From: Anthoceros angustus
Taxonomy: Eukaryota > Plantae > Anthocerotophyta
Assembly: GCA_010909165.1 (NCBI GenBank)
Contig: MU008175.1
Coordinates: 62,001 to 126,000, forward strand
Direction: 5' to 3'
DNA: 64,000 nt
Positions 22,930 to 36,266 of the stretch are shown here, piece after piece (within the stretch, counting starts at the first letter, position 1; the number at the start of each line of letters is the position of its first letter). Below the pieces are notes generated by a model. It was not told the DNA's origin. It worked only from the letters and a program-made list of their open reading frames with translations, and did not search any database. The translations under genes and the position numbers were made by a program.

Positions 22930-25201
22930 GGAAGGTGGAGCAGATCGTGGGCGAGTTCTTCGCCAAGAGCCTGCACATCATCTTGGAGTCCCGCATCCCG
23001 GACATCCATGCCAGGAGCCAGCACCCCGCCGACTCCTCCTGGTCCGGGGCTTCCTCCAGGAGCGGCACCAACACATGGTTCAACATGATGCTGGACACGT
23101 GCGCCGTGGCCGCCGAGGCCGCGGAGCCCTGGCGCCAGAGCGGCTTCAGCCTGGGCCTCCCCATGGTGGTGGACGTGCATGTGCACCAGGGCAGGAACAG
23201 CAGCAGCAGCGGCAGCTTGGAAGGGGCCAGGGACAGGGACAGGGACACCTTGCTGGAGCGCTGGATGGTGAAGTATGAGAGAGCGGATTCCAGGAAGCGG
23301 GGGACGGAGCTGGGCGGGAAGGAGGAGGCGTGGGGTGGCAGCGGCAGGAGCGGCTCCTCGTCCGCGCATTCCCGCTCGGGGCGAGGGGCGGGGGCAGGGT
23401 TTGGGAACCCCATGGCGCCGGTGCCGCTGGTGTACAAGCGGGCTGTCAGCATGCTGCGCGCGCTCTACTGCACGGTGCGGAATCTGCCGGCGTATCGCCT
23501 CTTTCGGATTGCCAAGAATTCGTCTCTCAGCCGGAGCTTCACGCTGGCGTTCCGGGTGTCGGGGGCGGCCCCCGACCTCACGGATCTGGACGAGGCCGCC
23601 ATGACGCCCCACAAGTTCAGCCCTATTGAGACTCCGGACGGCAGGCTCAGCCTGTCTGTGGTGTACAGGCCCACGTCGGCCAGCGAGGTGACGCCGTCCA
23701 TCGTGCCAAGGATTATATCGGATTATGTGGGGAGCCCGCTGACGGAGTTGCGGCGGCTCTCCAGTTCGCCGCATGTTGGGTCTCTGCCCAGCGGGGGTGT
23801 GGGTAAGAGACGGGGGGTAGTGCCTGCCGTGTCTCTGCCCAGCTCGCCTTCTGGGCCTAACTTGGATCGCAGGCACAGCTGGAGCGGGGGGGTGAACAGG
23901 GCATCTGGGTCGTCACTGCCTTCTCCTACCGTGAGGAAGGGGAGTGCGTCTCCGTCTCCTGTGCATCCTTCTGACTTTTCTCCCTCTCCTCCACACCCGC
24001 AGTCTCCTCGGCCTGTTTCCTCACCTTTAGGGCATGGGACTCCCCCTCGGAGTTCCCCTTCTCATCCCATCCATGGGCGGTATCCTTCCCAACCTTCCTC
24101 CCTGCACCAGACTTCTCAACCTATTCCTGTCATACAGCGGCAGCGGTCTCCTAGGATTACTCCCTCGCCGTCTCCCTCTCCTCCCAACCCCTCTGTGCCA
24201 CAGGATCATAGATACTGTAGCGCACCTGTGAGCATTCCGAGGCCTTCTGCACGTAGTCCTAGGGTGCTGCCACCTGCTTTAGAGGCGCATAGCAGGAACT
24301 CTCTGCCTCCCCAGTCTCCCAAAAGCAGGGAGCCGCTGACTCGGGCGCTGTCCTTGAATTCCAGGCCACATTCTGACCATGTGCCCAACTTGCATTCGCC
24401 GTCCGAGGGGAAGATTGCAGCTAGGCTCTTCATAACATCTCTGACAGGTCAGGATAGTCTCACCTTCACCAAGCCTGCTGTGAAGTCTGGAAGGCAGGGT
24501 GAGCTGGAGGATGACGATGAGGAGCTGTGCCCTTTCGCTGTTGACGATGATGATGCTGACGGATACGGCAGCAGGTTTGCAGTTTTCAATTTTATACCTG
24601 AGTGTTGCATCTTTCTCTCCTTGCTTCTGTCTCTTTCAGCTGTGCAGCCATTTGCTTGCAGCACAATGGCTTCTTGTTTCTGGAGTTCTCACCTACTGCT
24701 GGCTGGTGTCACAGGTTGAATAGTCCAGTGGCCAAGGAAAAAGCGGCCCCTGCTTTTGAACATAGTGTGGGCTCGTATCAGAGGTCTCAAGACGCTGCAG
24801 TGGGTGCTCTGGTGAAGATGTTAAAAGCTGCTCCACCTCTACGTCCGGCAACTTATACTCACGGTTTTCCGCCAGAGACACCTTACGTAAAATTTGGTGC
24901 AGGGGGTTTTGCAGAGGCGTCAGGAAGAGCAGACTTTTGGGGTGATTCTTTATCTGGTCCTGGTCTTGGATGGGGTGTTCAGTCAGGAGATTTCAGGATG
25001 GATGGTGCATCCGTACGCGGACCCATGGTTCCATCTAGCATCGTCGGGTCTCAGGAGCAGAGGGATCAGAGTGGTTCTCGTATCCTAAAAACAGCAGCTG
25101 ATGCGTTGGAGGAGTTGAAGGGCTATAAAGAGATGAAGGAGCATCTCTTGAGGCAAAGTGGAGGCACCTTGGCTACAACCCTATCCGCACCACAGCTGTG
25201 A
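22884..25201 (+). CDS. ATG13: Autophagy-related protein 13, 2 exons (22884-24574, 24715-25201), about 725 aa
   Basis: HORMA-type N-terminus KVEQIVGEFFAKSLHIILESR, WFNMMLD, LLERW, VYKRAVSMLRALYCTVRNLPAYRLFR. Ser/Pro-rich middle; ELCPFAVDDD; C-terminal SQDAAVGALVKMLKAAPPLR and ADALEELKGYKEMKEHLL. Phase-2 GT-AG intron. (CAG)10 polyQ at 22899-22928. Confidence 0.92.
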
Positions 25202-27836
25202 AAAGTGGAGGGAAAATTCGCTCCTTGTACAGATTGTATCCGTAAAGGCTCCCTCGTGGGTGTCGATGGGACATTCAGGGTTCCAGCAGTTTCTGCCGTT
25301 GCCATATGATTCATTCCAACCCTCTTGTCATCTAGGCGCTGACTGGGAGTTGCAAGTATGGAACATTCCTGTGTCTTGCCAGCACGGGTGGCACCATCGA
25401 AGGATTTGTCACCTATGCAGGCCATACGTGAAAACATGTAAAATGATTTTGGAGTATCAACGTACATGATGTACATAGTTAGTTAAGGTATATTGGCACA
25501 GGATTGAGGGCCTCAACTGGGCAGAATTGTAGCAGCGTAAGTGTATAGCTTCCAGGGTGGGTGGGGTTGGCTTGCGTGGCCCTGTTGGAAGGATTTGACT
25601 TTCATTCAATTGAAGCACCAGTGAACATTTTGGTGGAGGAGTTTGTGGGGCCTTTCACTGATTCTCTAAGCTTGAGTTCCATCGCGCAGAATAGAAGCGA
25701 TTCCAAGCTTCTTAACTTCCTTCTAAAGCAGGGTCATGTGACACTCAGTCCTGGACTGACCCTCCAGGTTGGTCCCCCTGCCTATTTCTACAGCATCCGT
25801 TGACGACCAAGTGCTTTTCAGCAAGTAGATTATAGCACGTCGCAGTGCTTGAGACGACTTCACAAACTCGACTGCCAATTGTTAACTAATATTCGCCATC
25901 CTCCAAGAAGATGAACGTATTCGGCATTGGCACCGAAACGATACTTTACCGTGCATCGAATTTCATGCTCGCACAGTGCCAACAGAGTGAGTGTTCCAGG
26001 GAGGCCCCTTCTGCCAAGTCCTGACCTTCGAGTGTCTCCTCCTTGCAGTGTCGTCTGCCACCCGCTGCCATTCCAGGCCCTGGCTTGGAGGACGGCACCT
26101 TTTGTGATTGGGAAAATTCTCTGTTCCATTAAAACGCATTCATGGAGAGTACCCAAAGCAAATGTGCCAGAAAAGCCAAACACGATCTACATAGATGTTG
26201 CTAGGTTCCTCAATCACGCAGCCACTTCTAGCCAATTCAATATGTGAGTAGATAAACTTAGATAAAAGACTTACTAGGTTACTTGCAAGTTGCAACACTA
26301 TTCAAGACTACCCTACCTAGAGGGGTGGTTCAACAGGGTAATGCCGAAATAATTATTTTTTGGAAATAATAAGGTTCAACATAAATATTTATAATTTTCA
26401 AAATTTCAACATTTATGAAAATAATTTTATCAAATTTCAACATTTATTAGAATACATAGGTATCTATATAGAACTAATAGATATGTAAAGATCTCCCCTA
26501 AACAGGCCCTAATTTTCCACACAAACTCTAGTTTCCTTGTTTTCAGCATCAACTCGTAAATTTTTACACATTCGGCATTTTAAGTATAATAATTTCTGGA
26601 TTTTTAATTTTTACTAATTTTAATTAATTAACAACGAATCACCCTTCAGGACGGTACTCATCATGATCTATACATTACTAGTACACTTGAAGTAGGAAAA
26701 CCACTAAAATAGAACCTTAGTTTTAGTATTATATATAGGTAATGCTGCCATATCTGCTACTTCATATTATCTTTTTACTTTTTCTGAGGGTAGTATATAA
26801 CATCCTCTTAATAGTGAAACAGGAGATCTCTAGCTGTGGGACTTCAGCATGCCCACAATGTGGTACGACATAAATAAGAGTTCCAGCTTTGGATATATCC
26901 CATAGGGTGGCAGGGTGGAGGGTGGCAAGACATGAAGAAGAGTTCCATGAATAAGATTTCCATTCATGAATCCATCCCGCTAGGTGAGACGACATGATCA
27001 ATCACCCCCATTATTAAACCAATTATCCCTTTAGGTAATATTACATTAAACTTGAGGGAACCCAATCTAGCAATGACCCACCTGATATAAACCAGTTGTC
27101 GCTTTAGGTAATATTACATTAAACATCCTCTTAGTAGTGATCCACCCCTGGGGCGCTTAATTACAAAGTTCAACTCCAATGTGTAGTGCACCCAAGCTCC
27201 ATTGGTATCAAATATTTTGATATTAGAGACTCTAGTGTCCAATATTTAGGTCCATGAAATGAAATTTCCTTTCTTCCTAATCATTTATCTAAAATACATA
27301 ATTATTAAAAATATTATATAAAATAATATTACATATATGATATTTATATAATATACAGATTATTTAATAAATTATAATCATAAAATAAAGTCCATATTTT
27401 ATATATTTAATGATAAGAGAGAGGTAACAATCAACTAACTGAATATCTCGGCCGCCCTTTCCGCGTGATACCTAGGTAGTTATGCTGCGTGTTTATGTAG
27501 GTACAAGGTATCTTTTAATTAAAACACGTAAGCGGGTGATAAATGATGAATTTTGCAAAGTGGAGACCCGCCGCCGCCGACCGTGTGGAGGATTGGGTCC
27601 TAATTCGTATTTGGAGAGCATCTCTTAAGCACGCCAGCCAGCAAGATGCGCAGCCACGGCGAGCTCACACCGCGGACGCCAGTCCAAGGCCGGGGGGAGC
27701 TGGGGGTCGGCTCGGGGCGCATCTCTGGCTCCTGTGATTCCCAACAGCGCGCTTAAATTCCATCGCCCGCGACCTCGCCCAACGGTCGACAGGTCCAGCC
27801 GCGCGCGCCTTCTCCGCCCTCCACCTCCCGCCAGCC

Positions 27837-30800
27837 ATGGCAGTGCACCAATGGCGGCTGCAGCTCCTCCCTTGTGTGCCTGCGGACAGGCCCAGGGCAG
27901 CCCGCGCGCACCCGGAGGCTGCCGCATTCCACCTCGGAATCCCTAGAATCAACCTGCCCGCGAGAGGCCTGCCGGTGGCGAGGATCGCGGCCGAGCTCAC
28001 AGGTAGGTGGTTTGCCGCTTGCTGCTTCTGCGATGGGAGACAATGGCTGCAGATCTGACCTCGTGCCGGTGTTGTGCCTCGGCTTGTGCAGCTGACAACT
28101 CCGTGCCGAATCGGAGGAATTCGCCGCAGGGAAATGGCGCAGGTGAGGATGGAGCTTGCAATTGTGGTGATGAAAGATAGCTGCAGGCGGCTTGCTCCTA
28201 GCTGCCTTGTTTTGGTTTGCTCACGCAGCGTGACGTTTGTTTGTGGCCCGCTCAGGCGACAGCTCCGTGTCCAATCGGCTCAAGGCGCAGGCCTCGCCTC
28301 CAGGTGTGCGGCATTTTTGTGGCTGTGAGCCGCGTTTTTTTGTTACTTTCCATGGCCATGGCCCCGGTGCAGGAGCTTACTTGGATTGCGTGGTTGGCTT
28401 TGTAGCAGCTTCTTCGCCTTCACCTTTAGATCTGGTGGATGTGTCGTCGGACGCGGATTCCGCCGCTGCTTTAGGCGCGGATTGGCACGCTCCGGACCTA
28501 TGGAAGGAAGCGCTTGCGAATCTGGCCTCGCTTCCGACTGCGCCGGAATTTATGTCGGAATCTATAGCCACAATTCGGGGGATGTTGAGGAACATGGGGA
28601 ACGGGGCCATCTCTCTCAGCCCCTACGACACGGCTTGGGTGGGAATGGTGGCCGCTTTGGACGGGTCTTCTAGGCCGCAATTTCCGATGTGCATCGATTG
28701 GATTAAGGCGCACCAGTTGAGCGATGGCTCGTGGGGAGAGACGGATATCTTCTGCGCGTATGACCGTATTTTGAACACGCTTGCCTGTGTAGTGGCGCTT
28801 GAGACCTGGGGCATTGGAGAAGGCACCGTGAGAAGAGGTGGGATGTTCAAGCCTGGCCTCGGGTGGTGGAAATTTCTTAAAAATTCTTCCAATCTTCTCA
28901 CCCTGTAGGAGCTTGATGTTGGCAGGATGTGAGTTCGTCCGCCAGAACATCCACAGGATTGCAGATGAGAATGAGCAGCATATGCTCATCGGGTTTGAGA
29001 TTGTGTTCCCTGGAATGATGGAGGACGCCAGGAAGCTCGGGCTGGACCTTCCCTACGACTCTGACATCACCCAGAAGATCCTCATGGCAAGGGAGCGCAA
29101 GCTGCAAAAGTAGGCTGATTCAAAGAGTGATTGTATCGCAACTGCAAGCGAGGCTGTGCGCGCAGTGCAAGAGGACTGGGAATCCAGGTGATTCTGTTTT
29201 GAATCACGGGTCTCGAGATTTATGTCCATTTTTGGTGCCACTGTTGCAGGATTCCGATGGAAGTTCTGCACAGTTATCCAAGCACTTTGCTGCACTCGGT
29301 GGAGGGCCTTCGGGATGTTGTGGACTGGGAACGTCTCGTCAACCTCCAATCCAAGGACGGCTCCTTGCTCGCCTCCCCAGCCTCCACCGCCTGCGCATTT
29401 ATGTACACTGGCGACTACAAGTGCTTCCAGTACCTTAACAGCCTGCTGGTACAATTCGACGGTGGAGGTGAGACTGATCAACCTCCAGATTTGTTTACAA
29501 GCTTGCATCGTTGCTGTTCAGATGGCTCTTTTTCTCTTCAGCTTCCTATCTTGATCACTGATAGCACAAGGGGTACGTTTATGTTCAGTGCCCAACGTCT
29601 ACCCTGTCGATCTGTTCGAGCGCATGTGGATCGTGGACCGGCTTGAACGATTGGGCATCGCTCGCTATTTCAAGAAGGAGATAAAGATGTGCCTGGATTA
29701 TGTGTACAAGGAATGGTCGGCAACTGGTCTGGCTTGGGGGAGAGGTTCCACGGTCACTGATCTGGATGACACTGCCATGGGCTTCCGGCTGCTCCGCAAG
29801 CACGGATACGACGTCTCTCCAGATGTCTTTCTGCCCTTCAAGAGGGACGACCAGTTTTTTTGCTTCGCCGGCCAGTCGGGGCAAGCAGTGACCGGGATAT
29901 TCAACTTCTACAGAGCTTCGCAGACACTGTTTCCTGGAGAGACTTTGCTGGAGGAGTCTCGAACATTTTGCCGCAATTTTCTTGAGGCAAAATGGCACGC
30001 CAATGAAGTCTACGACAAGTGGATCATCACCAAGGACCTGCCCGGAGAGGTGGAATATGCCTTGACTTTTCCCTTCTACGCCAGTCTGCCTCGGATTGAG
30101 ACCAGAGCTTACCTGGATCACTATGGGACCGATGACATCTGGATTGGCAAGACGCTTTACAAGTAAGTCGGATTCCAAGTTTCCAGTGAATGGCACAGCA
30201 GTGTCAGCATCCCATGGCTGACGCTGCTCCTTATCAGAATGCATTACCTTCACAACCCAACCCTCCTAGCATTTGCCAAGGCCGACTTCAACCTTTGCCA
30301 GAAACGATATCAGCAGGAGCTTGAGCATCTTGTCAGGTATGGGTGCATAAATAATGCGCAAAGCATCATGACTTTCAAGAGCTAAGAGCTTCGCATGGAT
30401 GTAGAATTTTGTGTCGTCCGCAGTCAAGGTCGTGTCGCTGATGCCGTCATTGTGGACAATCGCAGATGGAATGAGGCAGCGGATTTTTCACGGCTATCTT
30501 TCGCGAGGCAAAAGGTGGTGGAGTGCTTCTTCGCAGCCGCTGCTACCATGTATGAGCCGGAGCTGAACAGCGCTCGGAGAGTTTGGGCTCAGATGGGAGT
30601 GCTAACCACCGTGCTGGACGATTATTTTGATACGGGCACTCCCATTGAGGATCTTCGGCGGTTCAAAGCCGCTGTAGATCGGTAAGGATACTCTCCAACC
30701 TTTCTCGATCTTTGTCTCGTGGCCTTGGGTGGCCTCTTGGAACCTTGTGATAAACAGGTGCCTGTTATGCTTGCAACGTAATCGCAGCTGGGATCCATCT

Positions 30801-31653
30801 CTCATTGACATCGAGAACGAGAGGCAGAGGATCACATTTATGGGTCTGTACAACACCATGAATGGCATAGCCGCTGAAGGATATCTGGGTCAGGGCCGAG
30901 ACGTCAGCAGGCATCTTATCGGCTATGTAATATACCAAACCCTTGGAACTGAAAGAGTAGGCTAGGTGCATGTAGAGGTCTACATTCCTGATTTGTCCTT
31001 GGGCATCTATGTGGGTGCAGTACAAACGGTGGATCGGCTCCTGTTTGGTGGAGGCCGAGTGGGCAGAAAAGCAAGAGATTCCCCAGTGGGAGGAATACAT
31101 GGTGAATGCGGAACCATCAATTGCCCTGGAGTGCGTGATGCTGCCGCCCATCTTTTTCGTGGGTGAGGAATTGAGCGACGAGGTGTTGGAGGGAGAGGAG
31201 TTCGTGAGGCTAACCAAGAAAGTGAACGTCATTGGCCGTCTGCTGAACGACATTCAAGGTTACAAGGTGGGTGATCAAGTTCCTCAACTCCAGATGCTTC
31301 ATTTGGAGGCCCCGTCACACTTCCCGACTAGGTTTTTAACACCCAAGATATTTCTTGCTTTGCAGAGAGAAGCTGCAGAAGGAAAAGCCAACAGCGTGCT
31401 CATTCTAATGAGGGACCATCCTGGAGCCAGCGAGGAAGAGACGAGGGCTACTCTCTGCAAGATAATTGACACCACTATGCAGGAATTGACACTAGAGGTA
31501 CTTCAGGCCTCGGAAGTTCCACAGGCTTGTAAGCAGGTGCTTTACCACATGGCCAGAGTCATGCATCTTTTTTACAAGGATACCGACGGCTTCAGCTCCC
31601 TCACAGCCATGAAGGAGCATGTCAAGAAACTGCTTTTCGAGCCCGTTCTCTAG
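27837..31653 (+). CDS. Bifunctional class II/class I diterpene synthase (CPS/KS-like), plastid-targeted, 12 exons
   Basis: Exons 27837-28002, 28053-28142, 28256-28303, 28373-28837, 28926-29109, 29250-29467, 29589-30162, 30238-30336, 30466-30681, 30788-30926, 31021-31266, 31366-31653 chain in frame. Motifs SPYDTAWV, QLSDGSWGE, DLDD (DxDD), DDYFD (DDxxD), RLLNDIQGYKRE (NSE/DTE). The first three exons are less certain. Confidence 0.94.
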
Positions 31654-32469
31654 AGAAGACGAAGAAGAAGTCTATTACAGCCCACCTGGACGGGTTTTCT
31701 GTCATGGGACTTGGTCCTTAACAACTTGTACCATGTTGTGACTAAACTACTTGTACAAAGGCATCCACTCCCTCTAGGCACCCCAAGGCACCCCATTTAA
31801 GTTCTAAGCGCAGGATGCTTAACATCTGTGCTTAGAGGCTCAAAATCAAAGCACAAATAACCTCTAAATTAGCCGAAACTGAACGTCCTTTGCACATTGG
31901 GACCAGGCAACTAACAGATTTATCTTACTAAAATCGGGAATCCCCGCTGTATTTTAATCTCAATTGACCAAGTTATTTTGGGCTTCGTCATATGTATTTT
32001 CTTGCAAATGAAGTCAGAAACTCATATATTTTCTTTTGTGATTACCCACGAAAATCACATCTATTACTTACTATGGTTACCCATAAATCATAGAATTCCG
32101 CTACCGGAAGACCTGTGCAACCTGCATATCTGTAATTGGTGTGTGGAAACATGGGAAACAAGAAATCATCCTTCGTGGCCCGGCCATAATGGTGCAAAAG
32201 GATGAGTGCCTCTCGATTTCTTGATCACAGAACCAGATGCAATTTGATGAGGAGGCTGCTCAAGCACAACCAACTTGGGTGCTTCTTTTTTTTGGCGAAA
32301 TGTCTTGAGACTTTTATTTTAAAAAAAGCAATAAATACAGAAAGTCCCCAAGAGAGAAGCAGGAGCCTAGAAATGGGCTAGCAGCTACGGGCCACAACGG
32401 GACCACAAGAGCAGCTCAAACAAAAAGCACAAAACCCCGAAGGTTAGTCTAGGGGACACACGCATCCCA

Positions 32470-33400
32470 GAATCAGCTAGAAAGTTCTTTCAACTTCAGT
32501 GTGGGGCGCATAGGCGTTCTCCACAGAGTGCATTCCGTGCACGATAACTTCTTTGAGATAGTCCAACTCGAACGAACGAGCGGGACAACTCCCGTCCGCA
32601 ACCTCCGCTGCATCATATGCACTTTCAGAGATTCTAACTGATCATGGTCCTTGGAAACCAGCCCTTCGAGAGCGCCCTGAAAGATGGTGTGGGAAAGCTT
32701 CCACTCGTGGCTCAGCTCCTTCCAGGTGAGCACAGGGTTAGCAGTCATGGCTCATAACTGCGAAACCACACATCATCAATGATTTCCCGCCAACGCGAAA
32801 CCAACACCCTCTGCAAGGTACGAGATCTAGAACAAAACAAATTGGGCGCTTCCACTTCGAGGTTACCGGGTCCTGCTGGCCTATTTTTCCAATAATTCAT
32901 GCTCACACCTCGTGCTCAATTCAACACCTTATGCAACGACGGCTTTCCAATGGTGTGCGCATTGCCTGTATCCTCTTCATGGACTTCCACAAAGGCATCT
33001 CGCAACGGGAGGCACGAGTATGTGGATTTTGTGGCATACTTTGCGTGGCATTGACATGCCATTCTAGTCATCGTAACTAGCAGAGCATCCTCACCAAAAT
33101 TTAATACGAAAAACTCAACCTGGACCGAGTTCAGGCGTCCTGATCGGCAAATCCCTCGCAAAATTGGGTCGGTTGAAGGCAAAATTTTGTAACACACACC
33201 CCAAAACGCGTGGGCGGTCTACCCACACGGCGCCCTACCATTCGCGTGCTCGCTCCACCATGGCACGTCCTACCAGCACCTTCTCTCTGTTAGGTGCGGA
33301 ACAGGAGGAAGCGGAAGAAGGCTCCCCGGCATCCTTGATTTACAAGGGCCGCGTATTTTCGTGCGAGCCCAAAAACACATCTTAAAGTCTCGATTCGAGA
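32470..33400 (-). mobile_element. Possible decayed LINE 3' region
   Basis: Fragmentary frames (CLPLRDAFVEVHEEDTGNAH; WTISKKLSCTECTLW) loosely resemble the zf-RVT/C-terminal part of plant L1 elements. Many stops. Confidence 0.28.
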
Positions 33401-33965
33401 CGGTCGTTCATCCTGGGTTAAGGAGGGCCGAGAGAAGAGGTTATGGGGGAAGGTCGTTTCTTTGGATCCATGGGGTCAATTCAACCATGGAAGTGGGCTT
33501 GGAAAAATATGAGGAGGACGCCCAAAGGCAAAGACAAGTTTGAATAGGGTTTAGAAATTACGAACATAGCATCTGATTAGAAATTGAGGCCAAGTACATG
33601 CAGGTTATGCAAAAGGGATGTTGAAACTGAGGAACACTTTGTTTTTCTCTAGCCATCTACAAAGATATCATGAACTTTGCCATCTAATTTTCAGCAGCTT
33701 GATTTGCACTTCGAGGCTTCTTCTAGGTTTCTGACCCTATTGTTGCAGGAGTATGCTTGAGGGAGTTCACAACAAAGTACATCCAGCTTTTCAACCTACC
33801 AGACCTATGACTATACTTCACACCACTACTATTTAGATCAAATTCAAAATGACAGTTTAACATCAATAATTTGAGATGTATCTCTATCTTTATTAATCCC
33901 ATGATGGAAATTCCACATTAGGGGACTTCAATGTACGTCTTCTTCTTCTACCCATTCACTCTCAA

Positions 33966-34100
33966 TTTGAGATCCTTGAATATTTTGGATTAAACCTTTC
34001 AGTTGAGATTTGAGATCCCCTGAATATTTTGGATTAAACCTTTTAGTGGAGTCTTTTGAGATCCCCTGAATATTTTGGATTAAACCTTTTAGTGGAGACT
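33966..34100 (+). repeat. 43-46 bp tandem repeat x3
   Basis: TTTGAGATCC(C)TGAATATTTTGGATTAAACCTTT.AGT.GAG repeated three times. Confidence 0.8.
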
Positions 34101-34544
34101 CCATGGGTTAAACCTTGTTGCAGAGGCACCATGACTTATAGCTTTAAGAGATCACAATCTTGTATATAAAAAAAATATAAGAAGGAGAAGGGTGCACCAT
34201 AACTAGTACGTTTTGAAGAGGCATGCAACCCTTTACACTAGGTAGATAAGAATTATGTCCACTACCCAACAAAAAGAATTCGTCCGATAACTCCCATGTC
34301 AAAACACTAATGGAGGAGAAGAAACTAAACGTCCGACTAAAAGAAATGACTCATTTTGAGCCACTTGAGTCGGTCAAGTCGAGAATTAACGGAGTTGTGA
34401 GCTGGTGAAGCTCCTGTGAAGAAAATACACACGGCTTGCTTGCTGAGCACTTGTTTGATCGCTGTGGTCCTAAAGCCCCTCTTGTGGACACTTCTGATTT
34501 GAAAGGAAATGTTGGGATAAGACAGTGTCTGGTATGTGACTCTT

Positions 34545-36266
34545 TCAGGCAATTCGCGAGTAGGTGGTGGCGCGGATGGGACAATCTGACGACAGAGGAT
34601 AGTGGCAGTAGGTGTCGTTCTTCATGCACAGGAAGAGGCGCTCGTAAGCGGCCCCCATTTTGGAGGCGGTGAACATGAGAGCCGCATAGTCCAAGCACAT
34701 GCGGCCCTTCTTGCGCAGCGCTTCCCTGCCGTCGCGGATGACGGTGAGCAAAGCCGCGGTGAGCGCCTCCACATTGGGCGAGAAGGTGTAGCCGAAATCC
34801 TTGGACACCACCACGCTCCAGGTGATGCTGGAGAAGTGCGTGGCCAGCAGCGGCTTCCCGCACTGCATGGCCTCGAGCAGGGTGTGATCCAGGCCCTGCG
34901 CCCGCAGCGTAGGGTTCACGAACACGTCGAGGGCGTTGTAGAAGTCCGCCAGCTCCCAGGGCGTCATCGGGCCAAGCATCTTGGCGTTGGGAGCCAGCTC
35001 TCGGTATCTGTCCCCCCAGGGCCCGTTCCCCGCCACCAGCAGGTACACGTCCTTGTGCTCCTTCACGATGTGCGCGAAGGCGTCGAAGAGCAGCGGGTGG
35101 CCCTTGTCCCGCACCAGCCTCCCCGCGGCCCCGAGCACTAGGGTTGCGTTGCGCGGGACGCCGTGCTTGGCCAGGAACGCGGCTCCCTTGGCCGGGTCCG
35201 GGTGGAACTTCACCTGATCCACCCCGTTCAGGATGATGTGCACCCGCTCCAGCGGGATCTCGTAGATGGTGCGCAGGACGTCCCCGACGTAGTCAGAAGT
35301 GGCAACGTGATGGTTGTAGCTATGGAAGAAACGGACTTCATCCGCCACTTTCAACACGCGCTCCGCCAGGCTCTTCTGCAGATCGGGTGACCTCGGCTCG
35401 CCCGGCTTGCGGGTCAGGTCATGGACGATGTCGGAATGGATGGTCTCGTATGCGATGCCGTGCCAGGACGCGGCCAGGCGAGGGACTTCCCGGGCCCTCC
35501 AGTGCGGGAGAGCCACGCTCTCCGAGTGCACGCACTCGAAGGGCGCGCTCCCGTTGATGCTCACAAACCTCTCCCACGCCTCGGCGTGGTCGAAGCCTCC
35601 GCCAGGGTTCGGCTTCAGCATGTGGATCTCCAGGTTCTTCCCGTCCTGGAGCTCCCGCGGCAGGTTCTCCATCTCCGGGGACGTGGTGAAGACGTGCACG
35701 CTGTGCCCCCGCTCCGCCAGCACCCGGTGCAGCGTCATGGCGTGCCGCTCCAGCCCGCCCGGGGTGCCGCCTACCGGCCACTTCTTGACGAAGAGCGCCA
35801 TCCTCAGGCTCTCCGGGGGCGGGCCGAAGCAGAGCCGGTTCCAGGCCGTGTCCAGCTTCCGCAGATCCCCCGACCACTGCGCGGCCTGCTGCTCCCGCTC
35901 CTGCTGCGCGGCCCACTGCGGTCCCCTCGCCTCATGCCGCCCGCGCTCCGCGCACGACGGCGCCCACCCGAAGATGGCCAGGGAGTACACCAGCAAGCAC
36001 GCCGCCATGACGAAGCCCCAGCCGCAGTGCCAGGACGCCACCACGCGCCGAGCTGTGCCCCGCCATCGCTGCGACACTCCCCCGCCTTGCAGCTCTTTGC
36101 ATCCCGCGCCCATGCCACACCGGCCACCGCGATCCAGATCTTGCCAGATTATGCATGCGTTATACCTCGCCTCGTCTCGCCCGAGATCGTGCCCTGCCAT
36201 GCCCCATTTCAAGAAACACCACCCGCCGTGCGGTCTGTACGTGTGCAGCTGCTGCCGATGGATCAA
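34545..36266 (-). CDS. GT4 (Glycos_transf_1) family glycosyltransferase, type II membrane protein, intronless; true start probably a downstream ATG (e.g. 36199 or 36113)
   Basis: TM segment GFVMAACLLVYSLAIFGW; GGLERHA; ILNGVD; GRLVRDKGHPLL; DVFVNPTLRAQGLDHTLLEAMQCGKPLLAT (GT-B C-terminal motif). Confidence 0.9.
   Translation of the reverse strand: MIHRQQLHTYRPHGGWCFLKWGMAGHDLGRDEARYNACIIWQDLDRGGRCGMGAGCKELQGGGVSQRWRGTARRVVASWHCGWGFVMAACLLVYSLAIFGWAPSCAERGRHEARGPQWAAQQEREQQAAQWSGDLRKLDTAWNRLCFGPPPESLRMALFVKKWPVGGTPGGLERHAMTLHRVLAERGHSVHVFTTSPEMENLPRELQDGKNLEIHMLKPNPGGGFDHAEAWERFVSINGSAPFECVHSESVALPHWRAREVPRLAASWHGIAYETIHSDIVHDLTRKPGEPRSPDLQKSLAERVLKVADEVRFFHSYNHHVATSDYVGDVLRTIYEIPLERVHIILNGVDQVKFHPDPAKGAAFLAKHGVPRNATLVLGAAGRLVRDKGHPLLFDAFAHIVKEHKDVYLLVAGNGPWGDRYRELAPNAKMLGPMTPWELADFYNALDVFVNPTLRAQGLDHTLLEAMQCGKPLLATHFSSITWSVVVSKDFGYTFSPNVEALTAALLTVIRDGREALRKKGRMCLDYAALMFTASKMGAAYERLFLCMKNDTYCHYPLSSDCPIRATTYSRIA

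Noticed and set aside
22794-23876. 360-aa minus-strand ORF
   Set aside because: Antisense shadow of GC-rich ATG13 exon 1; no recognisable motifs.
27837-36266. Diterpenoid biosynthetic gene cluster (TPS + glycosyltransferase)
   Set aside because: The glycosyltransferase is a membrane-anchored GT4 without the PSPG box of small-molecule UGTs, and no P450 or other tailoring gene is in the window.
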